64,000 nt of DNA. It comes from a virus. Location of the stretch: IMG/VR virus record IMGVR_UViG_3300010396_000037; one strand, given 5' to 3'. Both the position numbers and the translations under genes were made by a program. The notes beneath the pieces were generated by a model. The model was not told the DNA's origin, searched no databases, and saw only the letters and a program-made list of their open reading frames with translations. Position 1 is the first letter of the stretch; every line of letters begins with the position of its first letter. Of the stretch, positions 45,003 to 56,000 are shown in pieces.

Positions 45003-45106
45003 TGGTTGGTGGTCAATTAAGCGTTGACTTAAATTCAAGGGAATCGGAGTTAGCTGCTCCGTAACCGAGGGAATGTCCGAGCAATAAGCAAAGACTACAC
45101 CAACCA
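45003..45106 (+). ncRNA. structured ncRNA candidate
   Basis: TGGTTGGTG-GTC/GAC-TA-CACCAACCA terminal stem. Confidence 0.5.
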
Positions 45107-45132
45107 CTACCTTTTTTTGATGGGAAATGAAA

Positions 45133-45330
45133 ATGAAAACGTATCAATTATCCGCAAGTGTAACTGTAAGTGCCTACACTGAAGTTGAAGCCAACAGTCT
45201 TGAAGAAGCGATAGAAATCGCAAAAGGACGCTCTGTTTTGATTGGTGATGAAAGAAGCGGCGTGTTTGTAGATGAAATGTGGGCAATTGATGAAGCAGAT
45301 GGTGAACCAACAAATATACATGAAGCGTAA
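45133..45330 (+). CDS. hypothetical protein
   Basis: VEANSLEEAIEIA motif. Confidence 0.65.
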   Translation: MKTYQLSASVTVSAYTEVEANSLEEAIEIAKGRSVLIGDERSGVFVDEMWAIDEADGEPTNIHEA

Positions 45331-45338
45331 GAGATGAT

Positions 45339-45454
45339 GGTAGTGAATGCGGAGGCTGATCCGCAAGGAATGGTGACCGAGTGGCGTATGGGCTGCGGGG
45401 TCAAAAATCCTAAATCCTCCATACAAGTCAGAGAATCCAGCACTGGCCACTACC
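45339..45454 (+). ncRNA. tRNA-shaped ncRNA candidate
   Basis: GGTAGTG/CACTACC, TGCGGA/TCCGCA arm, GTCAG/CTGGC arm, T8. Confidence 0.6.
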
Positions 45455-45525
45455 TTTTTTTTGAATGCGACGAAGCGATAATATTGAATTAGATAGCGAT
45501 CATTGTGCTTAAGAAGGATAAGATC

Positions 45526-45926
45526 ATGATGACCCCGACCGACATCGATCTGGCGCATGCGCTGCGTGAGTTGATCCCATACGCGGCCGAGTGTGCGGCA
45601 TGTCCCGGTTACAGGATCAAGAATGCACGCGCTGCCCTCGCTGCACACGAATCCCGCGCTGCGGAACCGGTGTATCAGGTGCGTCATTCTCAAACTTGGG
45701 CAGACGTAAATAAATCGGATTACGACATATCCAAATCTGAACGCCGCATTCTCCACACCCACCCGAACCGGCGCGGGATGTTGTGCAAACCATCCGCAAT
45801 GCGCTGATTCTTTCGGCATGGTCGAGTCATAATGATTCGGCAACGGCGGCGCAGATGAGACAAGCGGCAATCCTGCTGTTCGGTCAAGAAATGTTCGATG
45901 CTGCGATAGAGAAGGAAAACAAGTGA
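45526..45926 (+). CDS. GC-rich modular protein with apparent frameshift near 45762
   Basis: SRAAEPVYQ linker; EPARD linker continues in a shifted frame. Confidence 0.6.
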
Positions 45927-46279
45927 TGAACACGATAAGTGGTTTCGTTGAAATCCCATCTGTTGATCTTAAACTTGCGTGTAAGAAATTTCTAGACGCA
46001 CAACAAAAGATGATTGATGATGAAAGAGAAATGCTGATTCAAAAAGAAATGAGTCGCATGTTCTTCCGTGCAAAGAGACGTGACATAGCTATTGCAAGAC
46101 TACAAACCAGAGTCAAATATGGTGTTACAGAATGGATTCGCGCTAAGATGGTTGCATCATTTCGCAGATATGATGTTGAGGATCTTTATGATTCAGCATG
46201 CATGGCTCCGAGTGTTTTAGTGAATGCCAATTTTGCAAGTCTATTGAGACCATATCTAGAAACGGATGCATTCAAATGA
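45926..46279 (+). CDS. hypothetical protein
   Basis: ORF. Confidence 0.65.
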   Translation: MNTISGFVEIPSVDLKLACKKFLDAQQKMIDDEREMLIQKEMSRMFFRAKRRDIAIARLQTRVKYGVTEWIRAKMVASFRRYDVEDLYDSACMAPSVLVNANFASLLRPYLETDAFK

Positions 46280-46965
46280 ATGATCTCGTAAAACATTTCA
46301 GCAAGAACACAGATGGTCGAGACTTTATTGTAGGTGACCTGCATGGGTGTTTTGATTCTCTTCGCCAATCATTGTCTGATGTAAATTTCAATGAATCCAC
46401 AGATCGCTTGTTCAGTGTTGGTGATCTTGTTGATCGTGGAACGCAGTCTGAGGAATCCATTGATTGGATTGCCAAACCTTGGTTTCATGCTGTCCGCGGA
46501 AACCATGAACAAATGGCTATTGAAGTATTCGGTGGTGGGTGGCCTGAACATAATTACATCTCCAATGGCGGAAAATGGTTCACCAGACTCCCACCAGAGA
46601 GACAGAAATTGTTCGCACAGATTTTTGAAACTCTACCCATTACCATAGAAATAGATCACCAGATTGGAAAGATTGGCATCGTGCATGCTGATTGTCCTTA
46701 CTCTGATTGGCATTCTTTTGTTAATGTTCTTAGCTCTGATGAAAGTGATGAATCAGACAACATCATTTATGAAATGAGCATCACTGAAAAAGCTATCTGG
46801 TCCAGGACTCGCTTTCAAAAGCAAGACACTTCCAATGTGAAAGGTGTTGAACGTATCTATGTTGGACATACTCCCATCAAGGAGTGGACGATTCTAGGGA
46901 ATGTTTATTTCATCGACACTGGATGTGTGTTTGGTGGCAAGTTGACTCTGTTGGAGATCAAATAA
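46276..46965 (+). CDS. Ser/Thr protein phosphatase (PphA/NinI-like metallophosphoesterase)
   Basis: GDLHG, GDLVDRG, RGNHE, VHA, GHTP, IDTG. Confidence 0.95.
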   Translation: MNDLVKHFSKNTDGRDFIVGDLHGCFDSLRQSLSDVNFNESTDRLFSVGDLVDRGTQSEESIDWIAKPWFHAVRGNHEQMAIEVFGGGWPEHNYISNGGKWFTRLPPERQKLFAQIFETLPITIEIDHQIGKIGIVHADCPYSDWHSFVNVLSSDESDESDNIIYEMSITEKAIWSRTRFQKQDTSNVKGVERIYVGHTPIKEWTILGNVYFIDTGCVFGGKLTLLEIK

Positions 46966-47609
46966 TGTACAATGACGAATATGTGAGCACGAAAGATCTT
47001 TTGAAATACACAAGCTACAAGAAGTATGTAGATGAACTTCTAAATTCAAATGGTAGAGTGAGTCATGTGTACATACCTATGTCTCCACTCATCAAAACCA
47101 AGGAACTGCAAAGAGCTGTTCATAAGTATGCTGGCAATGGTGTTGTTAGCACTTATGAAAACACCAACCATGAACTTGTTGTTTCAAGGATACACGTAAC
47201 TACTTCCCCCAATCTAAATTTGAAAACCATCGAGAAAGATACAGATTCCAAGAAAACTCCTTTCATCTTCAAAGTGGGTGATAAAGGCAAGACGGTAGCT
47301 GGGGAGTCTTATGAGGTTGTTGAACGTACAGTAGCACTGAGAGTTAAGATCACCGACAAATTCGGACGTGTAAGAAACGCAATCAGGAAGGAAAATGGGG
47401 AAGTCGTTAATGGATGTAGTTATCAAAATAAAGAAAAATATAAGCTTCTACCACCCACTGAAAAACGAACTGTTTATTTGAATGTTTATCCAAAAAATAC
47501 ATTCTCTCACGACACACTAGAGGCTGCGAAGCGGAATGCTGATAAGGACGTTTTAGCTGTTGGCATACCTGTTATGATTGAATTCTCTCGCGAAGAAAGC
47601 AGTATTTGA
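46965..47609 (+). CDS. hypothetical protein
   Basis: 214-aa ORF. Confidence 0.7.
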   Translation: MYNDEYVSTKDLLKYTSYKKYVDELLNSNGRVSHVYIPMSPLIKTKELQRAVHKYAGNGVVSTYENTNHELVVSRIHVTTSPNLNLKTIEKDTDSKKTPFIFKVGDKGKTVAGESYEVVERTVALRVKITDKFGRVRNAIRKENGEVVNGCSYQNKEKYKLLPPTEKRTVYLNVYPKNTFSHDTLEAAKRNADKDVLAVGIPVMIEFSREESSI

Positions 47610-47924
47610 ATGTTCAATGTTTATCTAGATGATGTTAGAAAGGAACCTGTTGAATGGGTTCGAACCAAGACTGCACCTGAAACTGTATCAATGTTGATAG
47701 AACATCAAGGACAAATCAATATATTGTCACTGGACCATGATCTTGGAGAATGTGAGCATGCTGGAACAGGCCATGATGTTGTTTTGTTCCTTGAAGAACA
47801 GGTCTACAACAATCCTAAATTTATCTTCCCGAAACAAATACAATGTCATTCTGCGAATCCAGTTGGGAGGGACAGAATAGAACAAGTGATAAGAAAATTG
47901 AGAAGAATGGGTAAGATTGTTTGA
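47610..47924 (+). CDS. cyclic-phosphate-processing-type receiver domain protein
   Basis: YLDD.R, SLDHDLG, TG.D, HSANPVG. Confidence 0.82.
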   Translation: MFNVYLDDVRKEPVEWVRTKTAPETVSMLIEHQGQINILSLDHDLGECEHAGTGHDVVLFLEEQVYNNPKFIFPKQIQCHSANPVGRDRIEQVIRKLRRMGKIV

Positions 47925-47950
47925 GGAGCCGAAAGGCTCCTCTTTTTTTT
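47925..47950 (+). terminator. Intrinsic terminator
   Basis: GGAGCC-GAAA-GGCTCC plus T8. Confidence 0.88.
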
Positions 47951-48004
47951 ACACAACTATCAGAAAATCATTTATTTTTAAAAACAGGCCAGAAAATTCC
48001 CAAC

Positions 48005-48097
48005 AAATTCAATAATTTAGAAACACCAAATTTACAGAATTTTCCTGAAGCTACAAACCCTTGGCTCATGCTTAAATCAGCGAAAATCAAAGATTCT
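48005..48097 (+). repeat. ~95-bp non-coding repeat, inverted copy of 13634-13728
   Basis: See first copy. Confidence 0.85.
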
Positions 48098-48105
48098 GGT
48101 CAGAG

Positions 48106-48486
48106 TTAATCTAATCCTTTAAGTAGTTGCTTAGCCTTTTCATCTTGTAAAATTGCTTCCGTGTAGATAGGCAATTTCAAGTCTTTGACGATAACAGGCA
48201 AAAATCCCAAGAATTCAATGAAAGGGGTTATCACGCACCAATCTTGTTCAGGCACTTTGAAATACAGCATTGTTGTGCAAGCTGGTCCAAAAAGATTATA
48301 CAATATCACGAGATGGTTTAGAAGCAGACGTTCTTTGATCTCGCCAGTTTCCTGGTATCTGCTACACAGTCGCTTTACATATCTGAAACGACAAAGATCT
48401 TCCTCAAACTCTTCCTTCGAGATACAAGACGGATTGTTATAATGTTTAGCTGCGAAGAGTTCGAATGTATCTTTGGTGAGAATCAT
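48106..48486 (-). CDS. conserved T4-like phage protein
   Basis: FAAKHYNNP.C...EF.EDL.RF.Y.KRL..ERL.LNHL..LYN.FG. Confidence 0.85.
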   Translation of the reverse strand: MILTKDTFELFAAKHYNNPSCISKEEFEEDLCRFRYVKRLCSRYQETGEIKERLLLNHLVILYNLFGPACTTMLYFKVPEQDWCVITPFIEFLGFLPVIVKDLKLPIYTEAILQDEKAKQLLKGLD

Positions 48487-48487
48487 A

Positions 48488-51400
48488 TTACTTGTTGCTG
48501 ATATAAGACAAGGAAATTCCCACATTAGGAGTATTAGCGGAACTGGTTCCATCACTCACAGTACACCAAGCAGTGCCAGAAGCACTAGTAATACTATCAG
48601 CTCTAAAAGAAACACTAGCATCAGTGTTCGCGTTTGTAATGTAAATATTACCACCGTCTGTGCTGGTAGTGGTAACATGCCAATTGTATGTGTAGGAACC
48701 ATGCCCATTGTGGCCAGCCGCTACGGTTGATGGACTGGTAACAGCTGTGCCTTTTATTGCAAGTCCCGATGCTGCTCCTGACGCCTGTGTACTGTTAACT
48801 GTAGCACTCACAGGTGTGTAAGTTATCGTAACAGCAGAATACATGGTGCCTGTGACTGGTCCAGCTATCGTTTGCCCATTCAATAGAATAGACGCATTGT
48901 AGCTATACACAGCATTAGCAGTTGTAGAACTCGTCAATGTTAGTGAACCACCTGTGTTGCCGCCATTGATAGCAACTGTTCCAGTTGCGCCACTGGATTT
49001 CACGATACTTAACTGATAAGCGCCACCAGTAGCATTAGAACTCAATGCTATGGTTGATTTGGCAGTTAGACTTCCACCACCTGAAACAGCGGCATTCGCA
49101 ACAGATACGCCAAACGCTGGGTTGTAAACTGTTGCAGTCAAGGCATAATTTCCAGATGTTAATGTTGTTATCAAATTACCATCTGGATCATATACATTAC
49201 AAGTCTGGTAAATGGTTCCAGTTGTTGTACCAACACTTCCCCTCGTCTGTGTGGTCGTAATATATCCATTTGAACCACCTGGAGTTGACCATGCAGGAAT
49301 TGTTCCTGAAACACCATTCATTATCCAGAAAGCATAATCACCTGAACCTGTGAGTCCATTTAAAATGCACTGTGATGATGTAGTCTGAGCGAAGTTGAAG
49401 CCAGCAGCAGACACATTGCTTGGTGTTGTTAGAGTGTAATTAGGAACGGTTCCTGTAGCTGATAGAGACACCTGTTTGGTAGCACTTTGAATCACGGTGC
49501 CATTTGTAAGAACATTGAATGTCACATTGTATGTCGCGGATGATGTTGTGTGCAGACCTGTAACACTCAAAGTACAACTAGTGTTACCAGCGCCATAATT
49601 CACGGATGCACTGCCGGAAACAGGTGCAGCTGAAACTTGGTAACTCACTCCAGGAATAGAAGCATTCGCGGACGCAGTCAAAACAATTGATGCAGTTGAA
49701 GTGAATTGTGCTGATTGCGTGTTAGATGTTGGGCCTGAAATCACCAATGCTGGATCATAGAGCTGTGAAGACACTTGAATTGTTGGTGTAGGACTTACTG
49801 TGGCAACAGCTGTTCCATTCACGTACAAAGTAACAGCGGCAGGATAACCAGAAGCTGATAAAGAACCAATATCACTCTCTGTTAAATATCCAACCCATTG
49901 GCTGTTTCCTGAACCTTGTAAATAATTACTCGTAAGTGCACCAGAAACAGCTGTCCATGCTCCCCATGTCCAAACCGGCGCGCTTATAGAAGAATTGCAA
50001 GTTGCTGTTTCAATTCCATAAGCAGTCTGGGCACTTATCCAACCCGCCACGATACTGTTTGCACCTGACACGGATGGAGAAGGATCATAATTGTTAGCAG
50101 TCAATGATACGGTTGATGCCCAACCAATGTCATTTGATGATGCTTCATAGAATGAGATTGTTGGTTGAAAGGTGATTGTGTCTGAAAGATTCTGATAAGT
50201 CGCACCAGTCTTTAATGAATAATTCATTCTCCAATGGACGGTGTTTTGCACCCCATTTGTCAGAACAGGAGCGTCTCCTGTGTTTGATACAGCAACAGAT
50301 AACGCAGTTGCTCCATTCCACAAAGTCAAAATGTAGCTGCCAGAAGCTGTTTGAGCCGTGTATCCATAGACAGCAGAATTGCTGAAGCTTATTACAGGAT
50401 TTGGGAAGTAGGAACGCAGAATCACAGGATAGCTAAAAGTCTGCACCAATCTTCCAGAATCATCTAACAGATTGCCTGAAATAGTCGTGGTGTAATATGC
50501 AACAGGCGCAGCTGATGTCAGAGTGGTAGTGAATCCAATAACAGATGCTGTTGTGTTAGAGGTGAAACTGTAACCACTCGTTGTGTTAGAGCAATTCCAA
50601 CCAGACAGTGTGTATCCAGAAATATTGCAAGTTGGTGTTGTTGTGATGTTTAAGTTGGAAGCAGTTGAACTCAACAATTGCGTGTTGGTTGCGTTAGAAG
50701 GAACAGAAAAACTATAAGCATTCTGCTGGGCAATTAAACTGAATGTTTGGGCTGATGAAGTGTAAACCACCGCATTACTGTTGGGATCTACAGCAGTAAC
50801 TTGCCATGACTCAACCACTGTATTAGTTGATGGCACAACTGTTGTTTGAGTCCAAGTTGCAGTTGAGTTATTGGCAGAACCAGATGTTGAGAATGTTGGG
50901 GAGGCGCCAGAAGTGTTAGAATAAATCCAACCCACTTTACCTGATGATGTTGCTGTTGCTGTTGCAATCGCTGTTTGTGCTGCATATCCAGATTGCGTGT
51001 TTGACACTGGTGTGACAAGTATTGTTAATCCATAAGTACCAGCCACCAAGGTCACAGTTTGTGTATTTGCATTCAGAGACCAATTGGTTGATGTATCATA
51101 ACAATTAGCTGTGATGTTGTAAACAGCATTGGTGAATAGATAAGTGTTGGCATCAAGAGATAATGTTAATGAAGCATTTTGATTGTTATTTGCTACTGAT
51201 AAAATGGCATTTGAACCAGAAACTTTAGTAGCAGACCAAACAACATTAGTTCCTGGTGGAGTATTGCCAGAAACAGCTAAGACAACAGAAGAACTCAATG
51301 GACCACTGTTGGCATATTGAGCATTAGAAGTTGGACCTGAAACAATCAAATTGTAAGGTTGAACAGTGGCACTCAAGTTGACATTTGTTGTTGGACCTGA

Positions 51401-52777
51401 TATTGTGATTGATCCATAAGACAGAGTGGGTGTTATTCTCCAAGCTGATGTATTGCTTCCTGTGCGTTGGGAAATAACATCAGATAATGTTATACTAGCT
51501 GGCGTTACGCCAACAACACCAGATGATAGTGACACATTAGCAACGCCAGAAACAGCATTGTATATCCATGCGAATGTTCCTGCTTGATAAGTTGCGTAAC
51601 CAGATGTTGCTGCAGTCTGAGCAGTAAATCCTGTAACAGAAACATTAGATGGTGGTATGTAATCTAAGCCATACACCAATCCTTGCATGGATATATTCGC
51701 AGAATGCGTCGTGATAAGAGTCGTCAGAGTAGCATCAGAATACATATTGGCTGTAACAGTCACGATGCTGTTTGCTCCGCCATATGTGGTAGAATTAGCA
51801 GCTATCAGAAGAGATAGATTGGCGGTTAAATTACCAGAAGCTACTGTCAAAGTAGCCGCGTTGCTCCCTGAAACAATAGTACTGTTCCAAGTGATTACTG
51901 AACCAGGAGTATTGCCAGATACAGAAAATGGAGCGGAAGCATACAATGGACCTGAATTAGATGAAACAACAACATTTGCAGGTGCAGTAAAAATGAAATC
52001 ATTAGAATACATAAAAGCTGAAACATTGGCTGTCACTCCACCACCTGTAACAGTTTGCCCTGAGAGCATGACCAATGCTGTCAACTGATATGAAGTTGCA
52101 TTTACCAATCCAGCTCTAGAAGAAGATGCTGTAAGCGTGACTGTGTTGCCATTGATTGAAACTGCTGAAGTATTATTAGGAATCACATTCCAATTAATAG
52201 TTGAGCCAGGAACGTTAGCATGGGCTGTAACTGCCAAGGTTGCAATCTGGTTGCTGTAACCATTCGCAAAGGAAACAAATCCTGAAGGAACAGAAGTGAA
52301 AGTCAAATTGGAATTATAAACATTCGCTTGTAAATTGACGTACACCGTGTTGCTACCAATCAAAGTGTTTCCATAATAGACTGAAGCAGTCACTCCAGCA
52401 TTGGCAGCAGAGTTACCGATGCTTGATCTAGACAATGAAAGGGACGCATTAGCACCAGAAGAAGTGAAAACAGTTGCGTCACCAGCAATAAGATTAGATG
52501 ACCAAACTATATTGGCTTGGTAAACATTGGTCAAGAACTGCAGATTGACACTAGAATTAGCTGTGAAATAACTAGATTGACTGTTACTCAAAGGGCCAAC
52601 GATAGGTCCAACACCATATTTGCCTGATAGATCAGCAAAACTGATAGCACTTTTGGTAGGTATGTCAGCAGCAATACCTGTTAACGCTCTGACTAAAGTA
52701 TCATTGATGGTGATAGGAGCAGTCTGAGCGAAATTTAATTGCTGGTTTACACCTGAAAAGGAAGTATTAGTTGGCAT
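48488..52777 (-). CDS. giant repeat-containing adhesin/fibre protein
   Basis: 1429 aa, S/T/N/A-rich ~100-aa beta repeats; C-domain shared with 21828-22331. Confidence 0.85.
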   Translation of the reverse strand: MPTNTSFSGVNQQLNFAQTAPITINDTLVRALTGIAADIPTKSAISFADLSGKYGVGPIVGPLSNSQSSYFTANSSVNLQFLTNVYQANIVWSSNLIAGDATVFTSSGANASLSLSRSSIGNSAANAGVTASVYYGNTLIGSNTVYVNLQANVYNSNLTFTSVPSGFVSFANGYSNQIATLAVTAHANVPGSTINWNVIPNNTSAVSINGNTVTLTASSSRAGLVNATSYQLTALVMLSGQTVTGGGVTANVSAFMYSNDFIFTAPANVVVSSNSGPLYASAPFSVSGNTPGSVITWNSTIVSGSNAATLTVASGNLTANLSLLIAANSTTYGGANSIVTVTANMYSDATLTTLITTHSANISMQGLVYGLDYIPPSNVSVTGFTAQTAATSGYATYQAGTFAWIYNAVSGVANVSLSSGVVGVTPASITLSDVISQRTGSNTSAWRITPTLSYGSITISGPTTNVNLSATVQPYNLIVSGPTSNAQYANSGPLSSSVVLAVSGNTPPGTNVVWSATKVSGSNAILSVANNNQNASLTLSLDANTYLFTNAVYNITANCYDTSTNWSLNANTQTVTLVAGTYGLTILVTPVSNTQSGYAAQTAIATATATSSGKVGWIYSNTSGASPTFSTSGSANNSTATWTQTTVVPSTNTVVESWQVTAVDPNSNAVVYTSSAQTFSLIAQQNAYSFSVPSNATNTQLLSSTASNLNITTTPTCNISGYTLSGWNCSNTTSGYSFTSNTTASVIGFTTTLTSAAPVAYYTTTISGNLLDDSGRLVQTFSYPVILRSYFPNPVISFSNSAVYGYTAQTASGSYILTLWNGATALSVAVSNTGDAPVLTNGVQNTVHWRMNYSLKTGATYQNLSDTITFQPTISFYEASSNDIGWASTVSLTANNYDPSPSVSGANSIVAGWISAQTAYGIETATCNSSISAPVWTWGAWTAVSGALTSNYLQGSGNSQWVGYLTESDIGSLSASGYPAAVTLYVNGTAVATVSPTPTIQVSSQLYDPALVISGPTSNTQSAQFTSTASIVLTASANASIPGVSYQVSAAPVSGSASVNYGAGNTSCTLSVTGLHTTSSATYNVTFNVLTNGTVIQSATKQVSLSATGTVPNYTLTTPSNVSAAGFNFAQTTSSQCILNGLTGSGDYAFWIMNGVSGTIPAWSTPGGSNGYITTTQTRGSVGTTTGTIYQTCNVYDPDGNLITTLTSGNYALTATVYNPAFGVSVANAAVSGGGSLTAKSTIALSSNATGGAYQLSIVKSSGATGTVAINGGNTGGSLTLTSSTTANAVYSYNASILLNGQTIAGPVTGTMYSAVTITYTPVSATVNSTQASGAASGLAIKGTAVTSPSTVAAGHNGHGSYTYNWHVTTTSTDGGNIYITNANTDASVSFRADSITSASGTAWCTVSDGTSSANTPNVGISLSYISNK

Positions 52778-52782
52778 ACTCC

Positions 52783-53199
52783 CTACTCATTAATGATGGG
52801 TGTTGTATTACTTTCCGCATCGACGACCAAAGGAGGCATTCCAGCCAAAACAGCAGGTTCAATTTGAATGACTCCATATAAAGCTTTCATGACTGTGTTA
52901 TCAGAAGGGTCCGTCAACAATACATTGTATGAAAAATTGCCTGAAGGAATTGTAAGCATGACTCCAGAATTAGCAACCAATGTAATAGTACCATTTAAAT
53001 CTGTTGAAACTCCCACTGTATACATAGTTGGAGTTGCATTCTGCCACAACATTGGAGATGTTGTTATATAACAAACACCATTTGCATTCGTCAAATCAAC
53101 CACTGCACCTGATCCTGTTCGAGCATTCCAAACAGCTCTATTCAGAGTGGTACCTTGTGATATGGATAAATCAAGGCGAACAGGAAGGAAATCAAACAT
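52783..53199 (-). CDS. virion protein (BppU-like pattern)
   Basis: L.I.QG.T...DLT...G.I.L...Y.V.L pattern. Confidence 0.7.
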   Translation of the reverse strand: MFDFLPVRLDLSISQGTTLNRAVWNARTGSGAVVDLTNANGVCYITTSPMLWQNATPTMYTVGVSTDLNGTITLVANSGVMLTIPSGNFSYNVLLTDPSDNTVMKALYGVIQIEPAVLAGMPPLVVDAESNTTPIINE

Positions 53200-54127
53200 C
53201 TGATTCATCATCCTTTCTGATATTAATTGCTGATTGAGCTGAACGTGCGCTTTCATCAAAAGCAGCCTGAGCCTTATAACGAGTCTGTGCAACCGCAATA
53301 GGATGGAGCTCATGAATCAGTCTATCAATCTGTCCCTGTTGTCTCTGCACGATTGCTAACAGAACAGGAATCAGTCCTATGTAATTGACACCAAGATATC
53401 CATCTGACTCTCCACCCACGCAGTAGGGTAATATCTTCTGCAAATCTTGGGCAATAACACCATGACTATGAAGACCTGCTAGAGGACCTGCCAATTCATT
53501 CCAATCAAATTCAACAGCTGGTAATTCATCTAGAACCTTGTTTATCAAATCATTCTGAATAGGTTTAACATTGTCCTTCAATCTCTTGTCTGAAGGTTGA
53601 AATCCTTGAATGTTTCCTGTGGCATAAATGTTACCATAGACGGTGACATTAGCAGATACGGAAGTGTTACCTATGGAAACAACATCAGATATTGAATTAG
53701 CAACAACAGTCATGATGCCAGCAAAAGATGAATTACCAGATGCTGTCAATGTGTTAGTTGATGTTGATCCAGTGACTGTTACATTGTTTCCAACTGAAAC
53801 TGCTCCATTAGAAACAATGGATCCTTTTGATGTTAGAGAGCTCGCAGCATCCAATACAACAGCAGTACTCTGAAAAGTCAACGCATTAGATGAAGTTGTA
53901 ATGGTATTGGCATTTAATGTGTAAACAACAATCGCACCATTATGTGTGACGGTTCCAATTGTAGCAACGTAGTTGTTGCCTGAAAATTGAGTCGCGTTCG
54001 CAGGCGATGTGTCAGAAGTTAAAGCCACATTATTCAATGCGTTAGCAGACAAATTGGTGTTGTTGAGCCAACCAGAAAAGGTTGAAGCTGTATTCACTGT
54101 CCACAAAGTATTGCTGCTAATTGCCAT
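53192..54127 (-). CDS. short fibre protein with S74-type chaperone
   Basis: STF..W...TN start; SDKRLKDNV, GVIAQDL, VNY.GL. Confidence 0.85.
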   Translation of the reverse strand: MAISSNTLWTVNTASTFSGWLNNTNLSANALNNVALTSDTSPANATQFSGNNYVATIGTVTHNGAIVVYTLNANTITTSSNALTFQSTAVVLDAASSLTSKGSIVSNGAVSVGNNVTVTGSTSTNTLTASGNSSFAGIMTVVANSISDVVSIGNTSVSANVTVYGNIYATGNIQGFQPSDKRLKDNVKPIQNDLINKVLDELPAVEFDWNELAGPLAGLHSHGVIAQDLQKILPYCVGGESDGYLGVNYIGLIPVLLAIVQRQQGQIDRLIHELHPIAVAQTRYKAQAAFDESARSAQSAINIRKDDESDV

Positions 54128-54341
54128 GGTTCATTAAATCCTTGAGGAGTTGCTTGATCTCAGTCAAGTCTTGCTCTAACTTGTTAATTCTGTTATTATT
54201 TAGTTTGGATTCTTGCAATCTTTGACGTTCACGCCTGTAAGCTTCTAACTTGCTAATATTAGTGTTCAGTAAGACACCATGATTTCTATCAACTGTGAAA
54301 TCTGGATATTCTTTTGCTCGAAAAATGACCTGTTCTATCAT
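54117..54341 (-). CDS. conserved virion-cluster protein
   Basis: LLNTN...INKLEQDL.EIKQLL coiled coil. Confidence 0.75.
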   Translation of the reverse strand: MIEQVIFRAKEYPDFTVDRNHGVLLNTNISKLEAYRRERQRLQESKLNNNRINKLEQDLTEIKQLLKDLMNHGN

Positions 54342-54344
54342 ATC

Positions 54345-55988
54345 TTACATCTGTTGGGCTAGAGCTCTAATATCATTCAATGTTGGCACTATATTGGTAT
54401 TGGTACCATCAACTGCTAAAATAACCTTGATAGCGAACGCTTTGTAATTTACAAAAACTCCATTGCCGTTTGTATATTGAACAGCTTGAACAACACCATT
54501 TACGACTGGTTGATATGCGGTCCCTGCGATGGTTGGCACTGCATTACCAAAAGTGAATTGGTATTCACGATAATCTTCAGTGTCTTTTGGATCAGAATAG
54601 ATGCCGACATTAGAAATTTGAACCATCTGTGTCCAAGGCTCTGAATCAAAAGAGGTTGAATCTTCTGAATTCCAGATCTTAGAGTACACATAAACTTCTG
54701 TACCAGCAGGTTTGTAAGCATCAATCCAGATATTCATGGTTTCAGCGTCCATGCCTTCAGCCAGCACAACAGTTTCGCTTATGTATCTCGTCAAAGCAGC
54801 ACCCAAGTCTCCAGATTCTCCAGCAGTGTTGGAATTGATCTGGTTGCTATACACTATCAAAGAATGTTCTTTGGTGTCAATGATAGGAGACAGATAATCA
54901 GAATTGGAAATCATGTTCACACGCAATTGTGTTGAAGACGCATTTCCCAAGGAAGCCACTTCATTTGACTTGCTCAAAGCAAAATGAGTCGCGTCTGTAA
55001 ATTGTTCTTCAGTCTGAATTGGGATCGTTCTCCAGGTTGAATCTAAGACAGGAGTGGTTCCATTGGGTTTGGTAGTACCCAAGAACTGATATGAAACACC
55101 TGTCATACTATCAGTTGGGCTACCAATTTTAGCAGTCAGGCCATCTGTTTGAATATCATAAACACTATTGATGGTAGAAATGGCTTGTAGAAATGCCCCA
55201 TTCAAACTCTTCTCAACTGGTGCACGGACGATCTGGATAAGTTGGCCATTAGAGAAATTGCCTGTGCTGTTGTAACAATACAGAAGTCCATTGGTAAGAT
55301 CGTATTTGTTGATCTTAGCATAAATCAAGGTATTGGCTTGTGAATTTGCAGTCAGACCATAAACTTCATCACCTGCAACAATGTCAATAGGACCACTTAG
55401 GAAATTCGTATTCGCTAGAACAAAGATTTCTGTATTTCCTTTGACCAGTCCCGCATATGCTGTATTAGCAATGTTAAATTGTGCACGGTAGATAGTGTAC
55501 TTCAGGTCCTCATTAGGGATCTCGGCCCAGACGTTTGAGTTCTTAGCATAGTAGAGTGAACCACTTGCTGGGTTTGAAGCTACAACAGAACCTGAATTAA
55601 TATCCACATCTCCAGCTGCTGCGGTCCAGATTTCATAATCAGGAGCAACACCCAAAGGTTTTACAACCATAGCATACGTGGTGTTAGATTGTAGAAATAC
55701 CAATCTGTTGAATGAGAACACAGTTTGGGCTGTGCCTGTGTTAGAAGCAACAACTGAACCTGCCGGAAGGGTGCACGTAGCACCCAACACCGGCTGCGAA
55801 ACATCTGGTAAACCTTTGCTGAGATTCACCAATTGCAATTGTACACCAAATGAAGAAGAAACCGCGCTGAAGAACAGCGCAATATCGCGAACATAAATTC
55901 CAGAGATGCCTGTTGGAGTTGTTACCGTAAAGGTCTGCGCGATAGAAGCGTTTGCGTAGTTTACAGATGTCTGATTCTGTGTGGCCAT
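54345..55988 (-). CDS. virion structural protein (VrlC-like C-terminal part)
   Basis: AQTF, EDLKY, SPIID, RYIS..V.L, FAIKV.L, DIRALA. Confidence 0.85.
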   Translation of the reverse strand: MATQNQTSVNYANASIAQTFTVTTPTGISGIYVRDIALFFSAVSSSFGVQLQLVNLSKGLPDVSQPVLGATCTLPAGSVVASNTGTAQTVFSFNRLVFLQSNTTYAMVVKPLGVAPDYEIWTAAAGDVDINSGSVVASNPASGSLYYAKNSNVWAEIPNEDLKYTIYRAQFNIANTAYAGLVKGNTEIFVLANTNFLSGPIDIVAGDEVYGLTANSQANTLIYAKINKYDLTNGLLYCYNSTGNFSNGQLIQIVRAPVEKSLNGAFLQAISTINSVYDIQTDGLTAKIGSPTDSMTGVSYQFLGTTKPNGTTPVLDSTWRTIPIQTEEQFTDATHFALSKSNEVASLGNASSTQLRVNMISNSDYLSPIIDTKEHSLIVYSNQINSNTAGESGDLGAALTRYISETVVLAEGMDAETMNIWIDAYKPAGTEVYVYSKIWNSEDSTSFDSEPWTQMVQISNVGIYSDPKDTEDYREYQFTFGNAVPTIAGTAYQPVVNGVVQAVQYTNGNGVFVNYKAFAIKVILAVDGTNTNIVPTLNDIRALAQQM

Positions 55989-56000
55989 TTATATCTCTCT